Of a DNA stretch of 64,000 nucleotides, positions 39,353 to 50,125 are shown piece by piece; position 1 is the stretch's first letter; each line of letters begins with the position of its first letter. The notes below the pieces were generated by a model. It saw nothing but the letters and a program-made list of their open reading frames with translations, ran no database searches and had not been told where the DNA came from. The stretch is from a bacterium (GTDB taxonomy: Bacteria; Zhuqueibacterota; Zhuqueibacteria; Residuimicrobiales; Krinioviventaceae): contig OY843751.1 in assembly GCA_963693055.1 (NCBI GenBank), positions 1,856,001 through 1,920,000 on the forward strand, given 5' to 3'. A program made the translations under genes and the position numbers.

Positions 39353-41734
39353 TTATAAATTGAACCGGTAAGAGCATTTTAATAATAGTATTCTATCGTC
39401 AAAATCAAAATTTCGGGACTCTCCGGTAAAAGATTCGTCAGAGCGGCCTTCGTTGTAAGCGAGGTATAAAAAGCTGCCGGGACGGTATTCCCAACTAATA
39501 AGCGTGCTCAACAGATACTGGTTTTCTGTAACTTTGTCACCATACCAGGTTGTACCAAAATTTCCCTGCATATGTAAACGAAAATAAAAATCTTTATTTA
39601 ACATAAAGGTGGTATAGGATGAGAATTGCCAGAATTCACCATCTTTATTATCAATAGGATTGAATGTCTTTGTATATTCACCTTCAAGGGTGGAAAGGAT
39701 GTGAGAGTGCAAGCGGCCGGTTCCTGCCAGGGTCACGCTTTGCAGTGATCCCACATGTTTTTGCTTAAAGTTGTAAAAGGTACCACCATTTGCACCCAGA
39801 ATCATTTCAATCCTTGCTCCCTTGTTTACGGGGCGGGATGTGAAATTAGCCATCCAGGTATTTTCAGTATAGGTCTCAGTGATCTCGCTGCGTTGAGCTT
39901 GTTGAAAACCGGCGACAAAGATCATTTCATTCATCAATTGTACTTGAAGCTCTTCTTCCACACGCCAGTTTTGAAAATCTCGTTTTCCGGGGGAAATATT
40001 GGGAATGCCACCTTCACCAGTCATTATTTCACCAAATTCAGGATTATAATCAATACCGTAATTATCGCCTAACCAGTCTTCAATGTACTTGTTTGTAAAA
40101 TGATCATAGCTGATTTCACCTTCGGTAGAGAAGCTGATGCGGCGGAGAACCTCACGGTTCAGTCGTGGGCCATAACGAAAGCCCGCTTCGTATTCGGTCT
40201 CGCCGCGATTGGCTTCTTTGCGCATATAGCCGATTCGATTAACTTCAAAATAGGGATCGGTATGTGTATAACCCAGCGACATCCCGAAATCGTCCCCGGT
40301 TGTTGTCAGTAGGGCATAATATGCATTGCTGTTGTCAGTATGCTGTTCCGTTTGTCCGGTAGCTGCTTGAATATCCAATAAAATATTTTTTTTCACCACA
40401 AACGAACCATCAACACCCAGTACGCGGTTATATTCATTGTCGTGTTCTTTAGTGGCGCCCAAAATACCGATATTGCTGGAATTGAAAACATCTTTTTTAA
40501 CTCGAAAAACCGCATAGCTGGCTTCTTCAGAGGCTGTATTTTCTATCTGGCTGTGTGACAGAGCAGATTCACCGGTGAAACAGCTAATTGCACCAAATTC
40601 AAATCCTTTTGCCAGTTTACCGGTCATTTTACCGCCACCCAGAATGTCGCCCATGGCGCCAATACGTCGGCTGTAAAAAAGTTCGAGCGGGGTGTTAAAG
40701 ATATTTGTCCGTTCCGTGAAAAAAGGACGAAGTTCCTGAAAACGGGTGGGGTAACGGGTCAGATTTATTTCAACCACATCTGCATCTATTTGGGCAAAAT
40801 CAGGATTCACAGTCAAGTCTGCTGTAATACTGGTGGAGGGACTGTAACGAAGATCCAGACCATAATTTAGTTGCCCGCTTCTTGGGTCTGGCGCGGTCTG
40901 TTCCATTCCGGTAAGTATATAGGGGCGAATCTCAAAATTACGTCCGGCATTGATATTTTTAATCCCGGTAATATGGCCCAAAGTAGACATGCGTGTGGTC
41001 ATGTCCCATTCCCACAAGTGCGGTTTCCATTGCCCTCTTGAGCCGTTTTTGGAAATATTTCGCATCACATTAAAGCCAAAGATATGTTCCTCCAGGTCAT
41101 TAAAGCGCAGGTTGAAAAAAGGGATTTTAATTTCCGCATACCAGCCTTTTTCGTCAATTGTAGCTTCAGAGTACCAAACTCCGTTCCAGTTGCGGTCGCG
41201 TTTTATATCATCATATCGCAATTCATCACCTTGAACACCGGCAGGGGAGACGTTGAATTTGTAACCAGTTCGGTGGTCATGAAACGTATCCAGAAACAGG
41301 TTTAGGTTGTCAGGTACGTTTGAACCACGCGGAGTGACCAGATTCACGATTTTATTGGGTTCACTGTCCCAACACCAAACTCCAATATAGAGGTTATTTG
41401 CATCGTACAAAACCGCGAATTCGGTTTCATCAGACATGGGTACCAGCGGATAGGGTTCTTTTTCAAGTAGATCATCTTTGTGCTCTGCAAGGTGCCATTC
41501 TTTTTCATCCAGAATGCCGTCAATATTGATTTCAGCATCATCATCGAGCCTTAGGGCCTCAATGCTGTATAGTTCTATTAATGTATCGTAAACAGCGGTC
41601 CGGACCGAGTCGATATAGGACTGTTCAAAATATTTGGGATCAATATCTCTCTGGCTGTAAATATTTGTTGTAAAGAATAAGAGTAAAAGTGTGAGTGTTG
41701 GAATGAAAAGAATAACTGTTTTTTTGAACTGCAT
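39353..41734 (-). CDS. DUF5916-type protein (CBM9/DOMON-like N-domain plus probable beta-barrel)
   Basis: IDGILDE.EW, YDANNLYIG, GWYAEIKIPF, TVNPDFAQIDAD...E.RPFF.E, FYSRRIG, YRPGS...LAYN. Confidence 0.8.
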   Translation of the reverse strand: MQFKKTVILFIPTLTLLLLFFTTNIYSQRDIDPKYFEQSYIDSVRTAVYDTLIELYSIEALRLDDDAEINIDGILDEKEWHLAEHKDDLLEKEPYPLVPMSDETEFAVLYDANNLYIGVWCWDSEPNKIVNLVTPRGSNVPDNLNLFLDTFHDHRTGYKFNVSPAGVQGDELRYDDIKRDRNWNGVWYSEATIDEKGWYAEIKIPFFNLRFNDLEEHIFGFNVMRNISKNGSRGQWKPHLWEWDMTTRMSTLGHITGIKNINAGRNFEIRPYILTGMEQTAPDPRSGQLNYGLDLRYSPSTSITADLTVNPDFAQIDADVVEINLTRYPTRFQELRPFFTERTNIFNTPLELFYSRRIGAMGDILGGGKMTGKLAKGFEFGAISCFTGESALSHSQIENTASEEASYAVFRVKKDVFNSSNIGILGATKEHDNEYNRVLGVDGSFVVKKNILLDIQAATGQTEQHTDNSNAYYALLTTTGDDFGMSLGYTHTDPYFEVNRIGYMRKEANRGETEYEAGFRYGPRLNREVLRRISFSTEGEISYDHFTNKYIEDWLGDNYGIDYNPEFGEIMTGEGGIPNISPGKRDFQNWRVEEELQVQLMNEMIFVAGFQQAQRSEITETYTENTWMANFTSRPVNKGARIEMILGANGGTFYNFKQKHVGSLQSVTLAGTGRLHSHILSTLEGEYTKTFNPIDNKDGEFWQFSSYTTFMLNKDFYFRLHMQGNFGTTWYGDKVTENQYLLSTLISWEYRPGSFLYLAYNEGRSDESFTGESRNFDFDDRILLLKCSYRFNL

Positions 41735-41940
41735 TTTACTACCCTACCTGATATGTTTTTGCCATATCCGTAATTGGATCAAACGGATGATTTTAATCCA
41801 TAATTGATTTACATAATTTTACAATTTAATAAAAGTGAAAAATTGTAAATTTCTCTCTTTTTAGTATTCTGTTGATTATTAGAATAACTGTTGACGATTT
41901 TGATTGTAATTTGTATTTTAAAATTCAACAGGGAGGAGTA

Positions 41941-43764
41941 ATGATGTTTAAAAATACAACCAGACGATCATTTATCAAAACTTTGGGTGCGGCTGCATTG
42001 ACATTACCCGCAATGAATTGCTCTCTGCAAAAAGACCAGCCCAATATACTTTGGCTAACAAGTGAAGATAACAGTCCATTTTTAGGTTGTTATGGAGATG
42101 AACTGGCTAACACACCAAATCTTGATAAATTTGCATCCGAATCCATTCTATACGAGAATGCGTTTGCCAATGCTCCGGTTTGTGCACCTGCCCGTTCCAC
42201 AATTATTACCGGTATGTATGCATGTTCTTTGGGTACACATCAGATGCGCAGCCAAAATCCCGTACCTGCCCAGGTACGTTTCTTTCCACAATATTTACGA
42301 GAAGCCGGATATTACTGTACCAATAACCATAAAAAAGATTACAATACAATAGAACCAAAAGGCGTATGGGACGAATCCAGCAGAGAAGCTACATATGAAA
42401 ATTGTCCTGATGGCCAACCCTTTTTTGCAATATTTAACCACACGGTTTCTCACGAAAGTTCGCTGCACAAGTGGCTTGAACCTGTTCACGACCCGGCTAA
42501 AATGAAACTTCCCCCATATCATCCCGATACGCCCGAGGTACGTCACGACTGGGCGCAGTATTACGACAAGATTACAGAACTTGATAAACAGATAGGGGAA
42601 AAGCTGCAAAGATTGGAAGACTTGGGCCTTGCAGAAAACACCATTGTATTTTATTATGCTGATCATGGCGGGGTATTGACCCGCAGTAAGCGGTTTTTAT
42701 ATGATTCCGGCACACATGTTCCCATGATGGTCCGGTTTCCTGATAGATATAAACATCTTGCTACACATAAATCAGGATCAAGAACAGACCGCCTGGTCAG
42801 CTTTGTAGATCTGGCTCCTACTGTTCTAAGCCTTGCAGGTGTACCTGTACCCGAAATTATGCAGGGCGAGGCTTTCCTTGGTAAACAGGCCCAAACCGAA
42901 AGAGATTATGTCTATCTGTTCCGTGGCAGGATGGATGAACGTTATGATCATATGCGAGCCGTTCGTGACAAGCAATTCAAATATATTCGAAATTATATGC
43001 CGCACCGGATTTGGGGTCAGCATCTTAATTATCTCTGGAAGATGCCTACAACACAGGCCTGGTATAAATTGCACCAGGAAGGAAAATTGAATGCGATGCA
43101 AGATATATTCTGGAGTGAGAAACCCAAAGAAGAATTGTTTGATACTACTCTTGATCCCTGGGAAGTGAACAATTTGGCTGATGATCCTAAATATAAAGAT
43201 GTACTTGAACGAATGCGTGGTGCATTGAATGACTGGGTGTTGGATGTTAGAGATCCAGGTTATTTGCCTGAAGCTGAGATGGTTATTCGTGCAGAAGGCT
43301 CAACTGTTTATGAAATGGGTCAGGACCCGCAAAAATTTAATCAAAAGCGCATCATGCAAGTTTTGGATGTTGTTAATGATCGAGATGAGAAAAATATTCC
43401 GCTATTGATTGAATGGTTATCTGATGAGGATAGTGCTGTGCGGTACTGGGCGGCGGAAGGTTTTATTGCGTTGGGCGATAAAGCAAAAACAGCCAAAGTT
43501 GATCTGATCAAAGCACTTGATGATCCTGCTCCTAATGTGCGCATTGCAGCGGCTGAAGCCATTTTCAAGTTTGAAAATTCGGAACAAGCATGGCATGTTA
43601 TTGTACAGGCTCTTGATCATCCTGTCGAGTGGGCAAGGTTACAAGCCGCCAATGTCATGGATTTTCAGGATAAACGGGCCAAAAAGTATTTGTCGATTAT
43701 GAAAAGTAAACTGGATGATGGGTATCCCGGCAGGGTAATGCTTTCGGCAATTGAAGAGATTTAA
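41941..43764 (+). CDS. Tat-exported formylglycine-dependent sulfatase with C-terminal HEAT repeats
   Basis: TRRSFIK Tat motif; PNILW.TSED; CAPARS (CxPxR); ADHG; DLAPT; C-terminal DEDSAVRYWAA and DPAPNVRIAAA repeats. ATG 41941 behind GGAGG. Confidence 0.92.
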   Translation: MMFKNTTRRSFIKTLGAAALTLPAMNCSLQKDQPNILWLTSEDNSPFLGCYGDELANTPNLDKFASESILYENAFANAPVCAPARSTIITGMYACSLGTHQMRSQNPVPAQVRFFPQYLREAGYYCTNNHKKDYNTIEPKGVWDESSREATYENCPDGQPFFAIFNHTVSHESSLHKWLEPVHDPAKMKLPPYHPDTPEVRHDWAQYYDKITELDKQIGEKLQRLEDLGLAENTIVFYYADHGGVLTRSKRFLYDSGTHVPMMVRFPDRYKHLATHKSGSRTDRLVSFVDLAPTVLSLAGVPVPEIMQGEAFLGKQAQTERDYVYLFRGRMDERYDHMRAVRDKQFKYIRNYMPHRIWGQHLNYLWKMPTTQAWYKLHQEGKLNAMQDIFWSEKPKEELFDTTLDPWEVNNLADDPKYKDVLERMRGALNDWVLDVRDPGYLPEAEMVIRAEGSTVYEMGQDPQKFNQKRIMQVLDVVNDRDEKNIPLLIEWLSDEDSAVRYWAAEGFIALGDKAKTAKVDLIKALDDPAPNVRIAAAEAIFKFENSEQAWHVIVQALDHPVEWARLQAANVMDFQDKRAKKYLSIMKSKLDDGYPGRVMLSAIEEI

Positions 43765-43765
43765 T

Positions 43766-43798
43766 AAAAAAAGCGGCTTGAATCAAGCCGCTTTTTTT
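43766..43798. terminator. Bidirectional Rho-independent terminator
   Basis: A7-GCGGCTTGA-A-TCAAGCCGC-T7 between convergent genes. Confidence 0.9.
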
Positions 43799-43806
43799 GT
43801 GCTAAA

Positions 43807-46068
43807 TTATTTTGCAATTCCCCATTTTTTGTTGGGTTCAGGACCCATCTCAAACACCAGGGTACCGCCTTTAACCAGATCTTTATGTGTGATATGGCTT
43901 TTGTTATAGGTCTTGCCATTTAACATTGCCGATTGGATGTAAATATTCTCTTTTGTTAAATTATTTGCTTCAATGACCATAGATTTGCCCTTGTAAAAAT
44001 CGGGATCGAGTTTAATTTCAACACGATCAAAAATCGGGGCAGTAATCTGATAAACCGGATCTCCGACACAGATCTGAAACAAACCCATAGAGCTCAATAC
44101 ATACCAGGCAGCCATGCAACCATAATCGTCATCCATTTCAATCAGGTATCCATCCGGAGTGGTTTTATAGATATAATCTATAATGGGTTCAGGAAAGATC
44201 TGGTGTGTTCCATATTGCTGTGGAAAGGGCTCGGTTAAAATTTTGCGGACCCATTTTTGTGTCAACCAGGGAGCTCCGGCAGGATTAAAAAGATAGGGGG
44301 TTTGTATGTCCGGCTGGTTTCCTGCCTGATATAGATCATTGTTAAAAAAGTAATCCAACTGTTCTACAAAATAATCTTTACCGCCAAATAAATCAATTAA
44401 ACCCGGTACATCATGAAGTACAAACCAGCGCCAGTGCCACTTGCTGCCTTCATAAGTATATTTTTCCCGGTTCATTCTGGGGTCCTCGGGAAAATCAAGC
44501 CATTTGCCGTTTGCCGCTTTTGCCCGAAAGTATTTTATTGAAGGGTCCCATACATTTTTATAATAATTTGCCCGTTTACTGAATTTCTTATAATCTTTAT
44601 TTTCTCCTACTGCCTTGGCAACTTGGGCAACACACCAGTTTGCATAAGAATATTCGTTTGTTTGGTCCGGTCGTTCCGGAATATATCCATACTTTTCATA
44701 TTTATCAGGCATTTGCATCGTCATCTCGTTGCGTATGCCGGGATAAATGGTTTTCATGTCAACATCTACCAAGCCTTTGAAATAGGCATCGGTAGGAATG
44801 GAAAGCATGTGTTCATTGCGACATGAGCGGATGGGTTGATAACCATTAGGACCTTTGGGCTCCAGTCCGGGACTGTTGTGTGGTTTATGGTCAGAATCAG
44901 GAAAAGGCGCATAGTTGTCAACCTGGTCATAAATGTCCCGAATGGATAATGTGATATCATGCATCAATTTGGGTGCAGTAATGCTGTAAAGCGGGTACTT
45001 TGTTCTGAAAGAATCCCAGAATGCATAATTATCATAATGGGTATATCCAACTGCTTTATGATTTTTAATATCGTGACCGGGGTATGTTCCATCTACGTCT
45101 GTTGTTGTTACAGGTAAAAAATAAGTGTGATATAAAGCAGTATAGAAAATGGTCATATCTCGTTTACTGCCGTCCACCCTAATTCTGTCTAGATAATAAC
45201 TCCATTTTTTTGCCGCTTTTTTAATGGTATTTTGAATTTTCCAGTCCGTGATTTCATATTCCAGGTTGGTCATTGCGCCTTCCATAGAAGCAGAAGACAT
45301 ACCTGACTTGATTAGTATTTTATCACCCGGTTTTACAGCAAAGTCAAAAACAATTGCTGTATTCTTGCCATTAAAGTCAGATGTGATTTTATTTTGGTCT
45401 TTAAATGCAGTAAATTTTTCAAAGGGCTTGTTAAATACCATGTGCATATAGAATTTGGCCTGCCCATAAGTCAACTCGCAATTGAGTTCAGTATCTGAAA
45501 GGACATTAATTTTAAAATTCCGAGTGCGCGCCCAGTTACCCGGATATAAAAGTATGTGGGCAGTACCTTGTTCTTTAAAAGTATACTGATGAAAACCTGA
45601 ATGCGTGTCAGCGGAGAGTAGGGCGTCAATTTTATTTTCCTGTAATGAAACAGAATAAACGCCAGGACTGGCCTTTTCAGTTTTTTTATCGATAGGGAGG
45701 TAGGGATTTTCAAGATCAATTTCACCATAGTAGGGTAGTATTGAGATATAACCGGCCCTGTCACCAATGGTAGTGCCGCCTGAACTACCAGAGTGAAAAT
45801 GGCTGAAACCGCGAACATGATCATCTGCGTAATTGTAACCTGAATGCGCCCAATCACCGTCTCCTGTCAAGCTGGATGGATAGGAGTCAGGTCCCAGTTT
45901 TACGAGTCCATTGGGTACCAGTGCAGATGGATGCCAATGCCCATGATCTCCTTCGGTACAAATAAATGGATCAACATATTCTAGTGCTGAAAAATTTTTT
46001 TGTGTGCAAGCTGCAAAGAACAATGTTGCAAGTAGAAAGACAATACTACAGATTTTAACATGTTTCAT
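43807..46068 (-). CDS. GH92 family glycoside hydrolase (alpha-mannosidase-like), lipoprotein
   Basis: Lipobox FAAC; YVDPFI, GFSHFH, FYTALYH, WDSFRT, YEG..WH, GNQP, DDDYG.M.AWY. Confidence 0.88.
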   Translation of the reverse strand: MKHVKICSIVFLLATLFFAACTQKNFSALEYVDPFICTEGDHGHWHPSALVPNGLVKLGPDSYPSSLTGDGDWAHSGYNYADDHVRGFSHFHSGSSGGTTIGDRAGYISILPYYGEIDLENPYLPIDKKTEKASPGVYSVSLQENKIDALLSADTHSGFHQYTFKEQGTAHILLYPGNWARTRNFKINVLSDTELNCELTYGQAKFYMHMVFNKPFEKFTAFKDQNKITSDFNGKNTAIVFDFAVKPGDKILIKSGMSSASMEGAMTNLEYEITDWKIQNTIKKAAKKWSYYLDRIRVDGSKRDMTIFYTALYHTYFLPVTTTDVDGTYPGHDIKNHKAVGYTHYDNYAFWDSFRTKYPLYSITAPKLMHDITLSIRDIYDQVDNYAPFPDSDHKPHNSPGLEPKGPNGYQPIRSCRNEHMLSIPTDAYFKGLVDVDMKTIYPGIRNEMTMQMPDKYEKYGYIPERPDQTNEYSYANWCVAQVAKAVGENKDYKKFSKRANYYKNVWDPSIKYFRAKAANGKWLDFPEDPRMNREKYTYEGSKWHWRWFVLHDVPGLIDLFGGKDYFVEQLDYFFNNDLYQAGNQPDIQTPYLFNPAGAPWLTQKWVRKILTEPFPQQYGTHQIFPEPIIDYIYKTTPDGYLIEMDDDYGCMAAWYVLSSMGLFQICVGDPVYQITAPIFDRVEIKLDPDFYKGKSMVIEANNLTKENIYIQSAMLNGKTYNKSHITHKDLVKGGTLVFEMGPEPNKKWGIAK

Positions 46069-46090
46069 GTTTCTCCCTTTGTGTATGATT

Positions 46091-48415
46091 TTATTTACGC
46101 CAAAAATATGTTAGTTTTAACATTAATGCGCGGTTTGAAACCAAGCCATCTGATGCACCGAATAATCTGGTATCGTTATAAACAATATAGAAATCACTAC
46201 CGGGACGATATGTCCACCTAAACAACAAGTTTGCAAGAGATATACGATCTCCATCATTATTTAATTTATCATCATTAAACTGGATATATGCTTTCAGGTA
46301 CATTTTGGTTGAAAAATAGTAATACAGTCTACAGCTAAATGTTTGCGCTTGAAAATCACCTTCAGGTAAACTGACATAATTTATATCAAAATTAAATTCA
46401 GCATTCATTCTATTTATTGATGTTGATACAATCTCAGGTGCCATTGAGAAACGGGTACCCGTAAAATAATCACCATATGTTATTCTTAACCGACCAAATA
46501 AATTCTTGCTTTCATCAGTTTGCATAAATAAAAATGAGTTCAAATCATCATAGGTTTCCATAGGGATAATAAAACCCGGTCGGACTTCCCAGTCTTCATC
46601 AATAAATTCTTTTTTATGGGCAAGTCCGGCATAAATAAAACCACCATTTTGAAATCGGACTCCGAACATGGAGCTTATTTCAGCTTCCAACATTTTATCC
46701 TTTTGATCGGTCAGATATGACAGTTCGGTTTGCCATCTGTACTGGCGAATTGATTTAAATTTATGTGAGCGAGGAGAAAAATCAATTTCACTTGCAGTAT
46801 TCTTGATACCAGTTCGGCGTATGTAACCCATTTCAGCGTTAAAATTTTCCTGAATATTTAAATGTGAAAATTCAACATCAAGCAGATCAGAGTCAAATGC
46901 AGCTCCTATATTTCCGGCAAGATTATCTTCATCCATTTTATAGAATTCATCATCTTCTGTATAATCCGGACCCAGTGTTTGAGCAATCGAACCGTTAATT
47001 TTAAATCTGTCTGTTATTGGAAAATTACCATCGAATCCTACTGACCGATTGTAAAATGTACTGTCTATTTGTTCTTTGTTAAGAAACATCATACCAATAC
47101 TAGATCGTTTCAAGATATCGCGACGCAGCCGAAAAACTGTGAAATTACTGGATTTGAAATTCTTCCATTCACCTACGCTTTCAGAATCGTTTTCATCTTC
47201 GTCATCATCATCAGGATCATCATCGTAAATATTGATTTCATCCGTTAAGACATTTATCAACCCCATTTGATATTTCCCGGATTTACCAAATAACTTTACA
47301 CCATTGTTTATCGGCTGTTGAAATCCGTCTTCAATACCAATAGTTCTGCTGTAAAAGAGGCGAATACCATTGCTTGGCCCTCTGCCGCTAATACTTTGAC
47401 CACCGAAATTGAAAATTTCTGCTCCGTCTAGAAAAAAATCTCTTTTCTCCGGAAAATAGAGTGAGAATCGCGTAAGGTTTACGCGTTCCTGGTCAGCTTC
47501 AACCTGGGCAAAGTCTGTGTTCCATGTAAAATTCATGGAAATATTGGATGTGATATTGAATTTTGATTCGAATCCCCAATTTCCTTTTGTTTCAAGATCA
47601 AAGTTTGTATTGTCATCTTTGGTTGCGCTTGAGAGCAAATAGGGTTCAATTTCCAGATTTCCCCCGGCTTGCATACCATTCAAGCCGGTGAGGGTACCTG
47701 CTTGAGATACACGAAAAAAACCCATTCTGCCAGCATCACGGGGAACAAGCTGCCAAAAATCGGTTTCATTCTTGCGACGAATTTCCCGGGAAAAGTTTAT
47801 TCCCCATGTCAAAGAGTCGCCTTTACCAAATCGAAGGGTTTTCCATGGAATGGCAATTTCGGCGAACCAACCCTTATCATTGATTTGTGTTTCGCATTCC
47901 CAAATTCCATTCCACTCTGAATTATAACTGGTACCTTCATCACCAAAGGTAGCATCTCGTCTGCATCCATTAGGATTAATATTAAAATAGAATCCGTTCC
48001 TGCGGTCATTAAACGTATCGAAAACGATTCTGAAATTATCGTCATTGTCAAGATGAGCATCTCTGCGCATTTCACGTGCAATAATTTTATTTGGTTCTTT
48101 GTCAAAACATTGTATCGCAATGTATAATTTATTTTGGTTGTAAAGCAGGGCAATTTTTGTATCTTCTGTTGCAGGATCACCTACATTAGGTTCGCGTTGT
48201 ATAAAATTTCCAATAAATCGAATTTTTTTCCATTCTTCTTCATCAATATTACCATCAATTTTTAGAAATGATTGAATTTGTGTCGCTGAAATATTGCGAA
48301 AAGGAATTATAAAGTCTCTGTGTTCGTTTGACAAGTCTTGTGCAGCGTGTAATTGAAATAAAAATCCCCATAAAACAAGGATTAGACATACTAATCCACT
48401 AATAACCCGTTTCAT
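46091..48415 (-). CDS. DUF5916-type protein (CBM9/DOMON-like N-domain plus probable beta-barrel)
   Basis: IDG.IDEEEW, GWFAEIAIPWKTLRF, NTDFAQVEADQE..NLTRFSLYFPEKRDFFL, YRPGSDFYIVYN. Confidence 0.82.
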   Translation of the reverse strand: MKRVISGLVCLILVLWGFLFQLHAAQDLSNEHRDFIIPFRNISATQIQSFLKIDGNIDEEEWKKIRFIGNFIQREPNVGDPATEDTKIALLYNQNKLYIAIQCFDKEPNKIIAREMRRDAHLDNDDNFRIVFDTFNDRRNGFYFNINPNGCRRDATFGDEGTSYNSEWNGIWECETQINDKGWFAEIAIPWKTLRFGKGDSLTWGINFSREIRRKNETDFWQLVPRDAGRMGFFRVSQAGTLTGLNGMQAGGNLEIEPYLLSSATKDDNTNFDLETKGNWGFESKFNITSNISMNFTWNTDFAQVEADQERVNLTRFSLYFPEKRDFFLDGAEIFNFGGQSISGRGPSNGIRLFYSRTIGIEDGFQQPINNGVKLFGKSGKYQMGLINVLTDEINIYDDDPDDDDEDENDSESVGEWKNFKSSNFTVFRLRRDILKRSSIGMMFLNKEQIDSTFYNRSVGFDGNFPITDRFKINGSIAQTLGPDYTEDDEFYKMDEDNLAGNIGAAFDSDLLDVEFSHLNIQENFNAEMGYIRRTGIKNTASEIDFSPRSHKFKSIRQYRWQTELSYLTDQKDKMLEAEISSMFGVRFQNGGFIYAGLAHKKEFIDEDWEVRPGFIIPMETYDDLNSFLFMQTDESKNLFGRLRITYGDYFTGTRFSMAPEIVSTSINRMNAEFNFDINYVSLPEGDFQAQTFSCRLYYYFSTKMYLKAYIQFNDDKLNNDGDRISLANLLFRWTYRPGSDFYIVYNDTRLFGASDGLVSNRALMLKLTYFWRK

Positions 48416-48637
48416 TACTACTCCTGGGAGATTAATTCTTTTCCTACTTCCGTTTTAATATATAAAAAACAAACATTAAATATTGTAAAAAATTGTAAGT
48501 ATTTTGTTTTGTTTCTTTGATGTGATGATATTTTTTTATATTTTATCAAGTAAAAATTTAAATATTAAATTTTAATACTAGAATTTAGTATTTTTATTTT
48601 TTTCTTTATTAAAAAAATATAATAGGAGCTTGAGGAA

Positions 48638-50101
48638 ATGAGTGGAATAACACGAAGAGATTTTGTGAAAAATTCCGTTGGTGCTGGTATCGCATTATCC
48701 TTATCCAGTGCTTCAATGTCTAATGTATTAGGTGCAAATGATACAATTAATATGGCTGTCATCGGTATAAGAAGTAAAGGTGCGCAACACATAAATGTTT
48801 TTCATGAATTACCAAATGTAAATGTTGTTGCATTATGTGATGTAGATAAAGAGATTTTGGATCGAGAAGTGCAAAAATTTACAGACCGTGGTGAAAAAGT
48901 TAAAGCTTATACTGATTTTCGCAAGGTATTGGATGATAAAGATGTGGATGCTGTCTGTATAGCAACACCCAACCATTGGCATTCTTTAATATCCATTATG
49001 GCTTGTCAGGCTAAAAAAGACGTTTATGTTGAAAAACCCATTTCGCATAATGTGTGGGAGGGACGTCAACTGGTAACAGCCGCTAAGAAATATAAACGAA
49101 TTGTCCAGGCAGGAACGCAAAACAGATCTGATATAGGTTTACGCGAAGTAAGGCAATACCTGAATGATGGCGGTATTGGTAAAATTAAAGCTGCCCGTGG
49201 ATTCTGTTATAAACGTCGTGATACTATTGGTAAAGTAGCCGGTCCTCAACCCATTCCTTCTTCAATTGATTATGATATGTGGAGTGGTCCAACACAGTTG
49301 CAGCCTTTGATGAGAAGTCGTGTGCATTATGATTGGCACTGGCAGTGGCATCAGGGAAATGGTGATTTGGGTAACCAGGGAATACACGAAATGGATCTGT
49401 GTCGCTGGTTTTTAGGTGTTGAAGGGTATCCCGAAAATGTTATGAGTATTGGTGGCCGTTTAGGTTATGTTGATGATGGTACCACTGCAAATACTCAATT
49501 GATTTTGCTAGAGTATGAAGAAGCACCCATTCTGTTTGAAGTACGCGGATTACCTACTAAAAAAGGTGAAACGGGTATGGACAATTACAAAGGTATACGT
49601 ATTGGTGTAGTTATTGAAGGCGAAAATGGTTATTTTGCCGGTGGTCGCGGTGGCGGTTGGATTTATGACAATTCCGGTAAAAAAGTTAAGCAATTTAAGG
49701 GTGATGGTGGCGGTAATCATCAGCAAAATTTTATTGATGCTGTGAGAAGTCGTAAAACCAGCGATCTTTTAGCTCCGGTTATTGAAGGTCATTTGTCTTC
49801 TGCATTATGTCACCTCGGAAATATTTCATACAGATTAGGCCAGGAAACCCCATCGGAAGATATTAAAGAAGCAATTAAATCAGAAAAATTGCTGCCTGAA
49901 GGCTTTTATAGAATGCAGGAACATCTGTTCCAAAATTGGGTGGATTTGAAAGAAACACCGGCCAAAATTGGTCCCAAATTGACTTTTGATTCCGCGTCTG
50001 AAAAATTCATTACCAATGAAAAATTTGATAGCGGTTTCTGGGCAAACACCATGTTGAAACCTGAATATCGCGAGCCTTTTGTAGTACCGGAAAAGGTTTG
50101 A
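48638..50101 (+). CDS. Tat-exported Gfo/Idh/MocA family oxidoreductase
   Basis: TRRDFVK; GANDTI..AVIG; IATPNHWH; VYVEKP; GTQNRS; NQGIHEMD. Confidence 0.92.
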   Translation: MSGITRRDFVKNSVGAGIALSLSSASMSNVLGANDTINMAVIGIRSKGAQHINVFHELPNVNVVALCDVDKEILDREVQKFTDRGEKVKAYTDFRKVLDDKDVDAVCIATPNHWHSLISIMACQAKKDVYVEKPISHNVWEGRQLVTAAKKYKRIVQAGTQNRSDIGLREVRQYLNDGGIGKIKAARGFCYKRRDTIGKVAGPQPIPSSIDYDMWSGPTQLQPLMRSRVHYDWHWQWHQGNGDLGNQGIHEMDLCRWFLGVEGYPENVMSIGGRLGYVDDGTTANTQLILLEYEEAPILFEVRGLPTKKGETGMDNYKGIRIGVVIEGENGYFAGGRGGGWIYDNSGKKVKQFKGDGGGNHQQNFIDAVRSRKTSDLLAPVIEGHLSSALCHLGNISYRLGQETPSEDIKEAIKSEKLLPEGFYRMQEHLFQNWVDLKETPAKIGPKLTFDSASEKFITNEKFDSGFWANTMLKPEYREPFVVPEKV

Positions 50102-50125
50102 TCTTTATATCAATCTAGTTGTTTC

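Noticed and set aside
43807-46068. GNQP instead of GNEP in GH92, suggesting a mannose-1-phosphodiester uncapping enzyme with Glu-to-Gln catalytic acid
   Set aside because: As I recall, the NQ/NE position is a Ca2+-ligand site, and the diagnostic substitution lies in the Y-Q-G motif. This protein has YEG, so the catalytic acid is retained.
41808-48498. TGTAA repeats at 10-bp spacing in both DUF5916 divergent promoters (about 41808-41849 and 48483-48498)
   Set aside because: Short, AT-only-like motif in very AT-rich DNA with inconsistent orientation; not distinguishable from chance by eye.
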